From: a virus
Strand: one strand, 5' to 3'
IMG/VR virus record: IMGVR_UViG_3300032223_002232
Location: 1 to 64,000 of that record
DNA: 64,000 nt
Shown here piece by piece: positions 25,669-36,066 of this stretch. The position numbers were made by a program, and so were the translations under genes. Position 1 is the stretch's first letter. The number at the start of each line of letters is the position of its first letter. The notes below the pieces were generated by a model. The model did no database searches and was not told the origin of the DNA. It saw only the letters and a program-made list of their open reading frames with translations.

Positions 25669-27120
25669 TTAATGACTTGTATAGTATGAAACTATAACAA
25701 TCCCACTTGCACCCTGACCACCAGAAGAATTAGATTCACCACCTCCACCACCACCGCCACCTGTATTTGCAGCACCAAGACTTCCGGGGAAGAATCCAAT
25801 ACCACCTCTTGCTCCACCACCTTGACCACCTACAACTAATTCTAAATCACCTATAGCACCGGCGCCACCGCCGCCACCTGAGAAATATATTCCATTTGGA
25901 TAGTTTATAACGTCACTGTATAAGTAACCATCTTGACCTTTTGATGGAGGGAAGAATCCTCTACCATTACCACCATGACCGCCATCTTGACCACCACCAT
26001 TATCACCACCCTGAGACGCATTTCCATAAGTTGGATTTGCACCAATTCCACCATATCCACCCAAAGCTGTTAATGCACCAAAAACACTACTTCCACCTTG
26101 GAAACCTGTGCTTCCAGCTGCTCCACCATTACCGCCTTGTCCAACCTTTACATTATATGATGTATTTGGTGAAACTGTGTATGTTTGTAAGATTATACCA
26201 CCTCCACCACCGCCGCCACCATAAGTGGTTCCAGTATACCCAGCACCACCACCGCCGCCGCCACCGACCAATAAAACTAAAACTTTATTTACATCTATTG
26301 GAATTGTAATTGAAGAATTTGTTGTAAAAACAAAAGATTTCAATGTTTTAGTTGGTAATAATGAAAGTGGTGATGGTGCTATTGTTACAGGTTTTGTTGT
26401 TGGTGAACCTATATTAAGACTTTCACTATAAGTTCCTGCATTGTAACCTATGTAATTCCATACGTTATTTTGTTTAAAATATCTTAAATTGACACCTTGT
26501 GTAAAATATACATTATCTCTATAAAATGTTACATCCATATTTCTAACTCTATAACCAAATACATTTGGAGTTGCATTGAAAGTTATTAAATGATTTGGAT
26601 TTGTTGGATTTGGACTTACATTATATAAGAAAAAATTAACATTAACAATAGTACCATCAATAAAACTAGTTGCTGGGAAATTGGAATTAAGATATATATT
26701 AGCTAATGGTTTTAATCTAGTGTTAATGGTTTTAATTAAATTAACTTGATTAACAGTAGATAATGCTGGGGCATTAATAGTATCAGTCGTAGGGTTTAAA
26801 ATTGCACCATTAATTGGGTATTGTATTGAAAACTCTTGTTTATTCCAATATGAACTAAGAATCTTAACAGTTGTAGCAGCCTCTGACATCTTATATACTC
26901 TATCATCATTATAACTTGATGCTACTTGTGTGAATGTCTGTATATACGATGTTAATGACTGAAACATCGAATCTATATTATTATAATCTAAGAAAAACTG
27001 ACTTGATAAATTACAAATATTTGTATCTAATACCAATGCATTGTAATTATGCTTTCCAGCAGAATCACCTACAGCATCTGTACTACTAATTGCTAATGTT
27101 GGTATTGTACAATCACTCAT
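25669..27120 (-). CDS. Fibre-like protein with C-terminal glycine-rich domain (paralogue 3)
   Basis: Shared N-terminal module; VLLVGGGGGGG...GGGGGGG...GASGIVIVSY Gly-rich domain. Confidence 0.8.
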   Translation of the reverse strand: MSDCTIPTLAISSTDAVGDSAGKHNYNALVLDTNICNLSSQFFLDYNNIDSMFQSLTSYIQTFTQVASSYNDDRVYKMSEAATTVKILSSYWNKQEFSIQYPINGAILNPTTDTINAPALSTVNQVNLIKTINTRLKPLANIYLNSNFPATSFIDGTIVNVNFFLYNVSPNPTNPNHLITFNATPNVFGYRVRNMDVTFYRDNVYFTQGVNLRYFKQNNVWNYIGYNAGTYSESLNIGSPTTKPVTIAPSPLSLLPTKTLKSFVFTTNSSITIPIDVNKVLVLLVGGGGGGGAGYTGTTYGGGGGGGGIILQTYTVSPNTSYNVKVGQGGNGGAAGSTGFQGGSSVFGALTALGGYGGIGANPTYGNASQGGDNGGGQDGGHGGNGRGFFPPSKGQDGYLYSDVINYPNGIYFSGGGGGAGAIGDLELVVGGQGGGARGGIGFFPGSLGAANTGGGGGGGGESNSSGGQGASGIVIVSYYTSH

Positions 27121-27121
27121 T

Positions 27122-27931
27122 TTATGTTATAAACTTATCAAAAACCCAATCACAATCAATAACTTTAAAACTTATGGATTTAATGAAAGAGCTTTCTATT
27201 CTATCTGTAAAGTTACAAGTAACCTTCGCTTCAATTTTACCATATGCTTGTGTTGTATGCGCTGAACCATCCACAATAGGTGTTTTGTCAGTATAAGCTC
27301 TATAATATGGGCTTTGATAATAACAATCACTGGTTGCTGATTTTGAGCAGCTTCTTGAGTATCCACAACTATGTCCACCATTACTACAAGCTACATAGTT
27401 ATTAGCCCATATATCACTGCAATATGCGTAAATTGTAGTATTGTGTGTATAACACAACGTATAATCGTATAGATCATAATATGCATTATTGATTTTGTAC
27501 TCTATTCTATATGTATGAGCATTTACTATGAATTGTTGATTTTCAACGTAATTAACAGATCCATCATCATTTCTAATTGGAAAATTTAATTGTAACCAAT
27601 TTTTAATTACTGCAATTGAAGAATCAGTAAATGGTATTGATATTAATTTTGGATACCATATTGTGTATGGTTGTAACCACTTTGCACTATTTGTTTCAAC
27701 TGTTGTTTGGAAACTTTGCCATTCTGATGAAAGAGTATGTATTAAATTTAAAGTTTCATCCATCCTATCAACATATTGTATAAAGAAATTATAAACATTT
27801 TGATATGTGTTATTATAAGAATTTTGAACATCTATTATCCAATTAGATAGATTTGAATAATTCTGATTTATTAAATCCAAACTATCTCCGATATTCTGAC
27901 TTGAACTGATTTTTGTAATAGTATAACTCAT
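27122..27931 (-). CDS. Fibre-like protein with Cys-rich insert (paralogue 2; start likely 27931)
   Basis: ISSSQNIGDSLDLINQNY N-terminal module; ATGA overlap with upstream stop. Confidence 0.75.
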   Translation of the reverse strand: MSYTITKISSSQNIGDSLDLINQNYSNLSNWIIDVQNSYNNTYQNVYNFFIQYVDRMDETLNLIHTLSSEWQSFQTTVETNSAKWLQPYTIWYPKLISIPFTDSSIAVIKNWLQLNFPIRNDDGSVNYVENQQFIVNAHTYRIEYKINNAYYDLYDYTLCYTHNTTIYAYCSDIWANNYVACSNGGHSCGYSRSCSKSATSDCYYQSPYYRAYTDKTPIVDGSAHTTQAYGKIEAKVTCNFTDRIESSFIKSISFKVIDCDWVFDKFIT

Positions 27932-28797
27932 AATATTATATTCCAAAGTGCTCCATCAATTTCATTATAAGTTTTAATATATTTATAAGAATATATTCTA
28001 GCAAAACATGTATCAACTGCGTTTGGTGGATGAACGTGTGCTGGTGTATCACCCTGACCTACAATATCATATAAACCAACAGTAAGTGTTCTGCCACCAC
28101 CATCAGCTATACATGTATATGTTGAACTATCTTTAGTTGTTGATGTCGGTCCACCACAATGTGTATATGCATTATCACATGCACCATAACCAGCGGCTCC
28201 TCCGTGATGGTTACAACCAGCAGATCTATAAGATCCTTGGTTACCACTTCCACACCCATCACATGAAACTGATGTACTACCACCATTAGGTGCACAATTT
28301 TCTTCCCAAGATCTACTAAAACTAAATTGAAAAGGAATATCTTGATTGGTGCTTACATATAAATTAACTATTTGATAATCTGGAAAATTATCAGGTGGAA
28401 ATGTGGATGTTAACCAAGGGTTTAATATTTGTGAATCTTTTTGTAAATCTGTTAAACCACTCCATTGTGATATGGAATAAATTAAAGGAAAATATAGAGA
28501 AAATTGTTTACACCAGTTACCACTTATTGTTTGAACGCAACTATAAGCCTGATTAACTGTAGAATTTATATTTTGAACATTAAATATAGTAGAAAGCATT
28601 AATCCACTAGCTTGTATGAAATCACTATATATTGAATCCCAAAGTGATGCATTTCTTGTCAAATCTATTAAATTTGAACTCAATGTCATTAAATTTCCAT
28701 TTATAACATCCAAAGTATTACCTGCACATAAATTTTCATCTATAAAATAGATGTTTGAGCAATTAGGATTTGTTTTTAATAATTCAAAAGTAGCCAT
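27928..28797 (-). CDS. Fibre-like protein with Cys-rich insert (paralogue 1)
   Basis: IDENLCAGNTLDVINGN N-terminal module; WCKQFSLYFP. Confidence 0.75.
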   Translation of the reverse strand: MATFELLKTNPNCSNIYFIDENLCAGNTLDVINGNLMTLSSNLIDLTRNASLWDSIYSDFIQASGLMLSTIFNVQNINSTVNQAYSCVQTISGNWCKQFSLYFPLIYSISQWSGLTDLQKDSQILNPWLTSTFPPDNFPDYQIVNLYVSTNQDIPFQFSFSRSWEENCAPNGGSTSVSCDGCGSGNQGSYRSAGCNHHGGAAGYGACDNAYTHCGGPTSTTKDSSTYTCIADGGGRTLTVGLYDIVGQGDTPAHVHPPNAVDTCFARIYSYKYIKTYNEIDGALWNIIL

Positions 28798-28798
28798 A

Positions 28799-31700
28799 TT
28801 ATTTCCAATTTATTTTATAAAGTGAAGTATTTGCTGGAGATAACTTATCAATTATACTTCTAATTGCTAGTTCTATGTTAGTTTTAACTTCACCGTTTAC
28901 ATCTAAATTATGTAAATTAATGTTAAAATATTTACTCTTATTTGTTGGAAGTTGGAACTGGAACCAATTGGAGATTTCCTCTATATAGTTGCGTTTTCCA
29001 ACTTTCATATTCCATTTTAAAGTTGTAATTTCTGGTGAAAAATCTGATGAATAATATAACTGTTTAATATCATTTTGACTTAAAGTTATGTTATACATTT
29101 TTAAATCTCCCACATCACCAATAAATTTATATCCATTATCTATGTTTAATATATTATTTAAAATATTGTTTTTAATTGTCGTAGCACCTAATAACAAAGA
29201 TGTTCTATAGTTATAGAATAATTGATAATTTTTAGGGAAAGAAACGGTATCAACTAAAACGGTATCAATATAATATTTTGCAACACCATTTGGACCATCA
29301 AACGTAAAAGTAAAATTATGCCATCCCTTTGGTAAGTTTGATATTGGGTATTTTAATGAAAGCAATCTTTGATCGTTTCCGTTCAAATTAGATGCAATAC
29401 TGAATTTCCAAGAAAGATTATTTGAAACATGTGATTTACTATATTTTCTTATATATTCATGACCAGTAAAATCACCATAAGCAAAAAATGCTGGTTGTTC
29501 GTTAACGTCAAGTAATCCAAAGAAATTTAACTTTGATATAGGTGTACCATTTTCATCAATAAGATATGCTTCATTATCAGTTGAATCTATTATGATGATT
29601 CTGTCTTCAATTTGATTTGATGATAGCTTATCATAACATGTAGATAATGTGTTTGATGGTACATTAATTAATCCCATCGTTCTTATTCTCTTTGTTGGTG
29701 GAGTTGGTGGTATTGATCTTGACCTTAAAATTTCAGTAACTAACAACTGATCTCTTTTGCGAGATTCTAAAATATATTTTTGGTTATTTGATGAAAGTAA
29801 AGGTAAATCTTCATTAAGTTTTTTAAGAAGTGGTGGTACTGTAGCTGGTGGCGGTGGACAGTTATTTGGATTATCTAAAACGGATTTACTGAAAGATGTT
29901 TTTAGTGCAATTGATCCATCAGAATTAATCTTTGTATAAGAATCATCACTACCTAATATCCAAATATTGTTATTGTTATCACAAACCATTTGGTTTGTTT
30001 CACCAACAATTGCATAAACCTCTCTATTTTTATAAAGATTAGTTCCAATAACTTCCCATATATTATTATAGTTATCTATTACTGATGCATTACCATAAAT
30101 TGGAATAATATTATATCTTCCATTTACATCAGCTAATGATATTTCTAATCTATTTGCATTAGATTCTAGTAGACCACTAGAAATAAAATTAGCATTTTGA
30201 TCCATTACTAAATATGTTTTTGTACTATTGTCATAAATGTAAAAATTTTCATTTCCATCAAGAGTTAATTGATCAATTTTACTGATACCTGTTATTTTTG
30301 TTGTTAATAAAAGTTTATCATCAACAGTATATTTTGCTGCTATTTTATGTACTGAATCAAAAAGCCAATATCCAAGATTTGACATTCTTTGAATCATATT
30401 AAATCCAGTTGTAATTGCTGTTATTGTTGATACATTACCAAATCTATAATTAAAATTATAAAGTTTACCAGTTGCAGCATTTGAAACTGATATGATTGGT
30501 GCAAACATACGAGACTCACAAATCATACCAAATCCACTATCATAATAGTTTCCAAAAATTTGATAACCATCAAGATTAGCCCAATCATTAACATTTAACC
30601 ATATTGATGTTGTTAATTTTTCATTTTCAAGAAGTGTTGTTTTAGCTGGAAAAATTGCATGATTTGTACCATCTAAATGCCAATAATTTCCTTTGAAATT
30701 TAAAGGATTTTGTTCATATGCTAATGCATTGTTACCATATGTTGAATCATCTAATATAGGTGATGATAACCAATTTGTAATAGATAAAATATTTGAATGT
30801 GAATATTTTCCATCAACATATCTAGAATCTAAATCACTTAAGAAATTTTTACTATCTTGTTTACCAACATGGTAGTATTCATATAAAGTTCCGGGTACAA
30901 AAACAGTTGATGATGGTATATCATATACAAATGGTAATGAAGGATCTTTATCATTGTATGTCATTCCAGAAGAAGTTAATGCTTCATTAGTTGTGTAATA
31001 TGCTGAATTATAATATCTATCATACCAAACAATATTATTGTTTTTATTCGATAACCAAGAACATAAAAATTTATTATGATTATCGGTTGTTGGTAATATA
31101 TCTATATTTTCTATATCCCTAAAATTAGTTTTAACACTTGTGAATATTCTATCTGATGTATATGGAAACTCACCAGCAATAGCACCATCTTCAATTAAAT
31201 TAGATGAGCTTAATGGTATTATATCTGATGTTGGACTAAAGTAAAATTTTGTTATTGAATTACTTGGAAATTCAATTTTTATTGCACTAGTCTGATAACC
31301 TAAATGAATTTTATCTAATCCTTTTGTTTGATTGCTACCTGAATATATTTTGTTATATATTCTATTTAATTTATTATTATTGTAATCGTACTCTGTTGTT
31401 TGATAGTTTTTTAAACCATGAAAATAAAAATCATAATTTGCATTATTATGATTATCAATTGAAACGTTTTCATTTGGAAACACCCCAAGATAATTTTGAT
31501 AATAATCTTTATCTTTATCTTTAATAATTAAGCTTTTTTGATTAATAAGTGGATTTGCATCATATTTTACAATAAAACTATCAGATGTACTATTGTAATC
31601 CCTTTCTGGATTTATATATGACGCTAGTTTAAAAATAGATGTTTGTGGTATTGTTGAATTTGATAGTGTAGTCAATACTAATTGTCTTGAACCATTTTCG

Positions 31701-32263
31701 GTAAAAATTAAACTATAGTTTGTATCACCAGCAAACAATACAATATGATTATCACCCAAAAGACAATTAAATTTTTGTGATTGATCAATTGGTGTTATTC
31801 TTGTTTTAAATGTTAAAGTATTATCAATATCACTTGTTAAGAATAATCCAAAATTATTTTGTATAGTTACCGTATTATCATCAATAAAATTAAAAATAAG
31901 CTTATCGTTTAATGTATAATTTGAATCAGAAACTGCCTTTAAAACATTATTAACAATTCTATATGTTGCATTGTCTGTTGTTGTTGCTAATGGACTTTCT
32001 ATAAGTGTTAAATTATTAATATTATTAGGTAAGTTACTATCTTTTAAGATGTTGCTATTTTTATTTAAATTAGTTAATATTATACCATTTTTGTTATTAA
32101 ATGAAACATCTTGTACATTGTTCAAGAAATCAAAAATATTAAATGACATACCATTATCAAATGTTACTGGTGTCTTTTTTAGACTAAATTGATCGCCTAT
32201 AACATTAAAGTTAACTGGACTCCAATATATGTCTGAAATATTATATGAACTAATGGGTATCAT
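28799..32263 (-). CDS. Virion protein with LamG/concanavalin-A-like domain interrupted by propeller repeats
   Basis: LTTSIWLN; GWHNFTFTFD...YYID; FIGDVGDLKMYN..LS...IKQLY; TAAATA at 32272-32277. Confidence 0.75.
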   Translation of the reverse strand: MIPISSYNISDIYWSPVNFNVIGDQFSLKKTPVTFDNGMSFNIFDFLNNVQDVSFNNKNGIILTNLNKNSNILKDSNLPNNINNLTLIESPLATTTDNATYRIVNNVLKAVSDSNYTLNDKLIFNFIDDNTVTIQNNFGLFLTSDIDNTLTFKTRITPIDQSQKFNCLLGDNHIVLFAGDTNYSLIFTENGSRQLVLTTLSNSTIPQTSIFKLASYINPERDYNSTSDSFIVKYDANPLINQKSLIIKDKDKDYYQNYLGVFPNENVSIDNHNNANYDFYFHGLKNYQTTEYDYNNNKLNRIYNKIYSGSNQTKGLDKIHLGYQTSAIKIEFPSNSITKFYFSPTSDIIPLSSSNLIEDGAIAGEFPYTSDRIFTSVKTNFRDIENIDILPTTDNHNKFLCSWLSNKNNNIVWYDRYYNSAYYTTNEALTSSGMTYNDKDPSLPFVYDIPSSTVFVPGTLYEYYHVGKQDSKNFLSDLDSRYVDGKYSHSNILSITNWLSSPILDDSTYGNNALAYEQNPLNFKGNYWHLDGTNHAIFPAKTTLLENEKLTTSIWLNVNDWANLDGYQIFGNYYDSGFGMICESRMFAPIISVSNAATGKLYNFNYRFGNVSTITAITTGFNMIQRMSNLGYWLFDSVHKIAAKYTVDDKLLLTTKITGISKIDQLTLDGNENFYIYDNSTKTYLVMDQNANFISSGLLESNANRLEISLADVNGRYNIIPIYGNASVIDNYNNIWEVIGTNLYKNREVYAIVGETNQMVCDNNNNIWILGSDDSYTKINSDGSIALKTSFSKSVLDNPNNCPPPPATVPPLLKKLNEDLPLLSSNNQKYILESRKRDQLLVTEILRSRSIPPTPPTKRIRTMGLINVPSNTLSTCYDKLSSNQIEDRIIIIDSTDNEAYLIDENGTPISKLNFFGLLDVNEQPAFFAYGDFTGHEYIRKYSKSHVSNNLSWKFSIASNLNGNDQRLLSLKYPISNLPKGWHNFTFTFDGPNGVAKYYIDTVLVDTVSFPKNYQLFYNYRTSLLLGATTIKNNILNNILNIDNGYKFIGDVGDLKMYNITLSQNDIKQLYYSSDFSPEITTLKWNMKVGKRNYIEEISNWFQFQLPTNKSKYFNINLHNLDVNGEVKTNIELAIRSIIDKLSPANTSLYKINWK

Positions 32264-32311
32264 CTTTATAATATTTAGAATAAAATACCTGTTTTTGGGG
32301 CAAAATATACG

Positions 32312-35161
32312 TTATGGACTTATAATATATTCTGATGGTTGATGAGTTGTATACGTCTCTGTTGTAGAAGTTATTTGTAATTTTGAACCAAACTTTGTAG
32401 CATTACTAGAATCAAGATATATTGCACTAGCGTATTTAGTACCTGTTGTAGCTGTAAATACTGCTTTACGCAAAGGATATGCTTGAACTACACAGTTGTT
32501 ACTATCATTAAAGAATCTGCAACCGAAAAGTACATCCCAAATTTGAGTCATGTAAATTGAATTATTACCAGTTTTATTATAAATATCATAACTGCCACTA
32601 AGTGCTTGTGTTGTATTGGCATTTCTTAATGTAAATGCTGGGGCTGCAACCCAATTATCAACAACTGTTGATGTTCTAGATACATCAAAAGCTATATTAT
32701 TACCGTTTACAGTACCACCATATCCTAAAGTATGTGAAATACCCCATGATGGTAATTTAATTGAAGTTAATGTAGTACCATCAGTTGTAACACCATATGA
32801 TCCTCTAGTTGCATCTGTACCAGATGCAGTTACTGGATTTGGTGTTCTATTTGTTGTCATTATTTCACCTTTAACTGAACTAGCAACTAACCAATTTTTA
32901 GCTGTTAGTGGCGAAGCTGTTGGGTTTGATGCCAGATATGTAGCAAGAGCACCAGCAACCAGTGGTGTTGCGGCTGATGTTCCATTATGGAATATATATT
33001 TTCCTTTGTATATAGCACCATATGTTGAAGATTGATCTACAAAAAATGGTTCTTGATCAGCACCACTCATTTCACCAGTAATTGTTTTAAATTTATTAGT
33101 ACTATAATTATATGTTGTATTACTAAAACCAGACCAAACAGCGGATGCCTCTGCATAAATATCAACATCTGGTCCAAAATTACTATATGGACTCTTTACA
33201 TAAAACGGTTTTGTAAATGAACCTAGATATGAAGTGCCATTAAATGTTAAACCACTCCATCCATATTTTAAGTTAAGATTGTTTGTACCATTATTAAATA
33301 GAACCCCAGCAGAACCATCTGATGTAAATGGAGCATATGATGTATTATTATATATGAAACAATTAGCTACACCAGCAACAGTGGTATACCATTGAATACC
33401 ATTAATTACATTATAAATTGATCTACAATAACCACCAGTATCATATGTTTGATTTGGATTTGTTTCAAGTGTACCAAGGGCTGTGACACATCCAACTTTA
33501 ATTATTGGATAAGTTGTTCTACTCCAATTTGTACCTGTGCTAGAATCTATTCCAGCACCAATATCTGGTGATGAATATGATAAATTTATTGTATTTGATG
33601 CATTACCAATTGAACATAAAGTATATGTTGTTGTATTATAAGAATCTGCAATTGTATAAACACTACCAAGAGATAAACCAGTAGCATTATCAACATAATT
33701 ACCAGTAGCACTATCAATAACCTTTTGTCTGAATACAGACCATAATGTGTTATTAAAAACAGTTCCAGATGAAGTACCATCGCTTCTTAAGAAAGTTAAC
33801 ATTGGTAATAATGTTGGTGCTTTATAGTTTAATTCTAAATTTGAATTACCAGCAGCTACAACACAATGGATACCGTTAGCTAATAATACTCTAAAATAAG
33901 CATCATAAACATCGTTTTGTCCCGGTAATTGTCTTGAATAAATATTACCTTGATTATTTGTAGTGTTTGTGTAATAATTTAAATTATAAAATGGTAAGGA
34001 ATCATAAAAATCAAAATATGTAACTACACCAGTTGAACCATTTGTAGATGTTATTCTACCTCTAGTTGAACCTAGATCAAAAGATCCAGCAAGTAATCCA
34101 TCATTATTATTACCATTTGGTGTAGGTGATCCAGTTGAAACATATGAATCATACGCAACTGATATTGGACTTATTGGTTTTGTTTTACCAGAAGGTACAC
34201 CTGATGGACCTTGATATAACCAACGAATATTGGTATCTAAGAATGGTCCAGCGAAACCACTTATATATGGTCCATTTACATTCCAACTATTGGAACATAC
34301 TGTTGGTCTACCACTAGATAAACCAAATAAATTATTTTGTTTTGCAAATACAAATCCAACAGCAAGTCTCATACAACAAGCCATACTAAAACCAAATGCT
34401 GCACCCAGTTCACTAACATTTAATGTATAAATTCTTGCATTTTTAGCTAATCCACATTTTAAACCAGCTATCAATGATGCACACTTTGTACCATGACCAT
34501 CAAAATCAACATAATAATTTCCGGGCATACCAGCGTAACCGAATTCGGGTAAAATTGCAGAATATGTGGTATTATTAGTACCAGCATCATATACACCTGT
34601 AAATGGATCTACTAATTGACCCCAATCAAATAATTGTACTAGATTATTTCCAAGATTATCTTTTAAATCTTCACACGAAGGATCTACACCAGTATCAATT
34701 ACTAAAATATCAACGTTTGAACAATCAACAGAATATGACGTTAAAAGATTATTAGCTGGTGCGGTTTGATTATAATCTGGTTTATAATTTGTTGCATAAT
34801 ACAGACCTACAGGTGCTAAATTTCCAGTTGGTGCTGTTTTAGGATATTGTGTTGTACTAAGATTACCACAAGCAGCCCAACTAGCATTTCTATAAATAGC
34901 ATCAGGTTGTCTTTCTTTTACATAAGCCAATGAAATTGTTGTTAAGTCTGTTCTATTTACAGAAACAACATTATCTAATTTCCTAACAGCATCAACTTCT
35001 TCTTGACTGAGTTGAAACTCCATAATATCTGGAACCATATTATGGGGGTCAATACATACCTTTGCGCCCGATAAACAACCAGTACCACTTAATGGATCTG
35101 TTAACAAATCGTAAATATAATCACCTGTATTACGATCTGTTGTTGTTATACAAACTTTCAT
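32312..35161 (-). CDS. Subtilisin-like S8 serine protease with large insertions
   Basis: ILVIDTGV (D~156), DGHGTKCAS (H~223), VVAAGNS (N~439), NGTSAATPLVAG (S~729). Confidence 0.9.
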   Translation of the reverse strand: MKVCITTTDRNTGDYIYDLLTDPLSGTGCLSGAKVCIDPHNMVPDIMEFQLSQEEVDAVRKLDNVVSVNRTDLTTISLAYVKERQPDAIYRNASWAACGNLSTTQYPKTAPTGNLAPVGLYYATNYKPDYNQTAPANNLLTSYSVDCSNVDILVIDTGVDPSCEDLKDNLGNNLVQLFDWGQLVDPFTGVYDAGTNNTTYSAILPEFGYAGMPGNYYVDFDGHGTKCASLIAGLKCGLAKNARIYTLNVSELGAAFGFSMACCMRLAVGFVFAKQNNLFGLSSGRPTVCSNSWNVNGPYISGFAGPFLDTNIRWLYQGPSGVPSGKTKPISPISVAYDSYVSTGSPTPNGNNNDGLLAGSFDLGSTRGRITSTNGSTGVVTYFDFYDSLPFYNLNYYTNTTNNQGNIYSRQLPGQNDVYDAYFRVLLANGIHCVVAAGNSNLELNYKAPTLLPMLTFLRSDGTSSGTVFNNTLWSVFRQKVIDSATGNYVDNATGLSLGSVYTIADSYNTTTYTLCSIGNASNTINLSYSSPDIGAGIDSSTGTNWSRTTYPIIKVGCVTALGTLETNPNQTYDTGGYCRSIYNVINGIQWYTTVAGVANCFIYNNTSYAPFTSDGSAGVLFNNGTNNLNLKYGWSGLTFNGTSYLGSFTKPFYVKSPYSNFGPDVDIYAEASAVWSGFSNTTYNYSTNKFKTITGEMSGADQEPFFVDQSSTYGAIYKGKYIFHNGTSAATPLVAGALATYLASNPTASPLTAKNWLVASSVKGEIMTTNRTPNPVTASGTDATRGSYGVTTDGTTLTSIKLPSWGISHTLGYGGTVNGNNIAFDVSRTSTVVDNWVAAPAFTLRNANTTQALSGSYDIYNKTGNNSIYMTQIWDVLFGCRFFNDSNNCVVQAYPLRKAVFTATTGTKYASAIYLDSSNATKFGSKLQITSTTETYTTHQPSEYIISP

Positions 35162-35167
35162 TGTTTT

Positions 35168-35593
35168 TTAAACAAAGAATACTAATACTTTGTCGCCTGA
35201 TATTGTTGTAGAAAATGTTTTAAATTCTGCATTTGCAACCCTTGCTGCAAAATCACCCCATTTATCGATAGTTGTACTTGCAACCTTACCAGTAAGACTT
35301 ACTATTGGTGCTAATGAATTAACCATTATACTATCAAAAAGCTCACCAATATTATTTTCTGTAGCATAGTTATATAAAAACTCAATTGATGTATTTCTAT
35401 AAAGTTCTGTATATAAAACTATTTGTGATTTACATGAACATGAATTATCATAATAATAACTTACGATTTCTGCTGAAATATAAGGAGCAAATGTTTGAAA
35501 TTTAGTTACAAAATCATCCACTCCAGATAATTGTAACATACCTACGAATACATTTGATATTGGGTTATAAGCTTGTAATGTTTCTAATGTCAT
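35168..35593 (-). CDS. Hypothetical late protein
   Basis: TATAAATA at 35598-35605, 4 nt before the ATG. Confidence 0.75.
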   Translation of the reverse strand: MTLETLQAYNPISNVFVGMLQLSGVDDFVTKFQTFAPYISAEIVSYYYDNSCSCKSQIVLYTELYRNTSIEFLYNYATENNIGELFDSIMVNSLAPIVSLTGKVASTTIDKWGDFAARVANAEFKTFSTTISGDKVLVFFV

Positions 35594-35607
35594 ATTATAT
35601 TTATATT

Positions 35608-36030
35608 TTAATTGATAAATTCAATTCCTTCTAATAACTGTGCAGATGCCATATTATTCAACGTATTTTGTAATTCAAATACTGTAACATTTGTTACAAT
35701 ATCTTGTAAATCTGATGATGGGAAAAGTTGAGGTGGTTGATTATATAAAGATGATACTGGTACAGTTTGAACCGAATCTATAGGTAATCCACTAATAAGT
35801 GGTGTAAAATGAGTAACATCGGATTCAAAATTTAATATAGCTGATACAATAGGTTTCATATATTCAGCTATTTGAATTAAAATATCTTTATCTGGATTTA
35901 AATTTGAAATGTTAATATTAACTGGTGAATATTCAGCAGATGGTCTTTTAAATTCAGTTGAATATGGTCTAACTAGTATACCATTTCCAACAATACTAGT
36001 TTCTAATATGCTAAAATTTACTTCATTCAT
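35608..36030 (-). CDS. Hypothetical late protein
   Basis: TAAATA boxes at 36038-36043 and 36045-36050. Confidence 0.75.
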   Translation of the reverse strand: MNEVNFSILETSIVGNGILVRPYSTEFKRPSAEYSPVNINISNLNPDKDILIQIAEYMKPIVSAILNFESDVTHFTPLISGLPIDSVQTVPVSSLYNQPPQLFPSSDLQDIVTNVTVFELQNTLNNMASAQLLEGIEFIN

Positions 36031-36066
36031 ATATTTGTATTTAATATTTACCCTATTATTTGCAAA

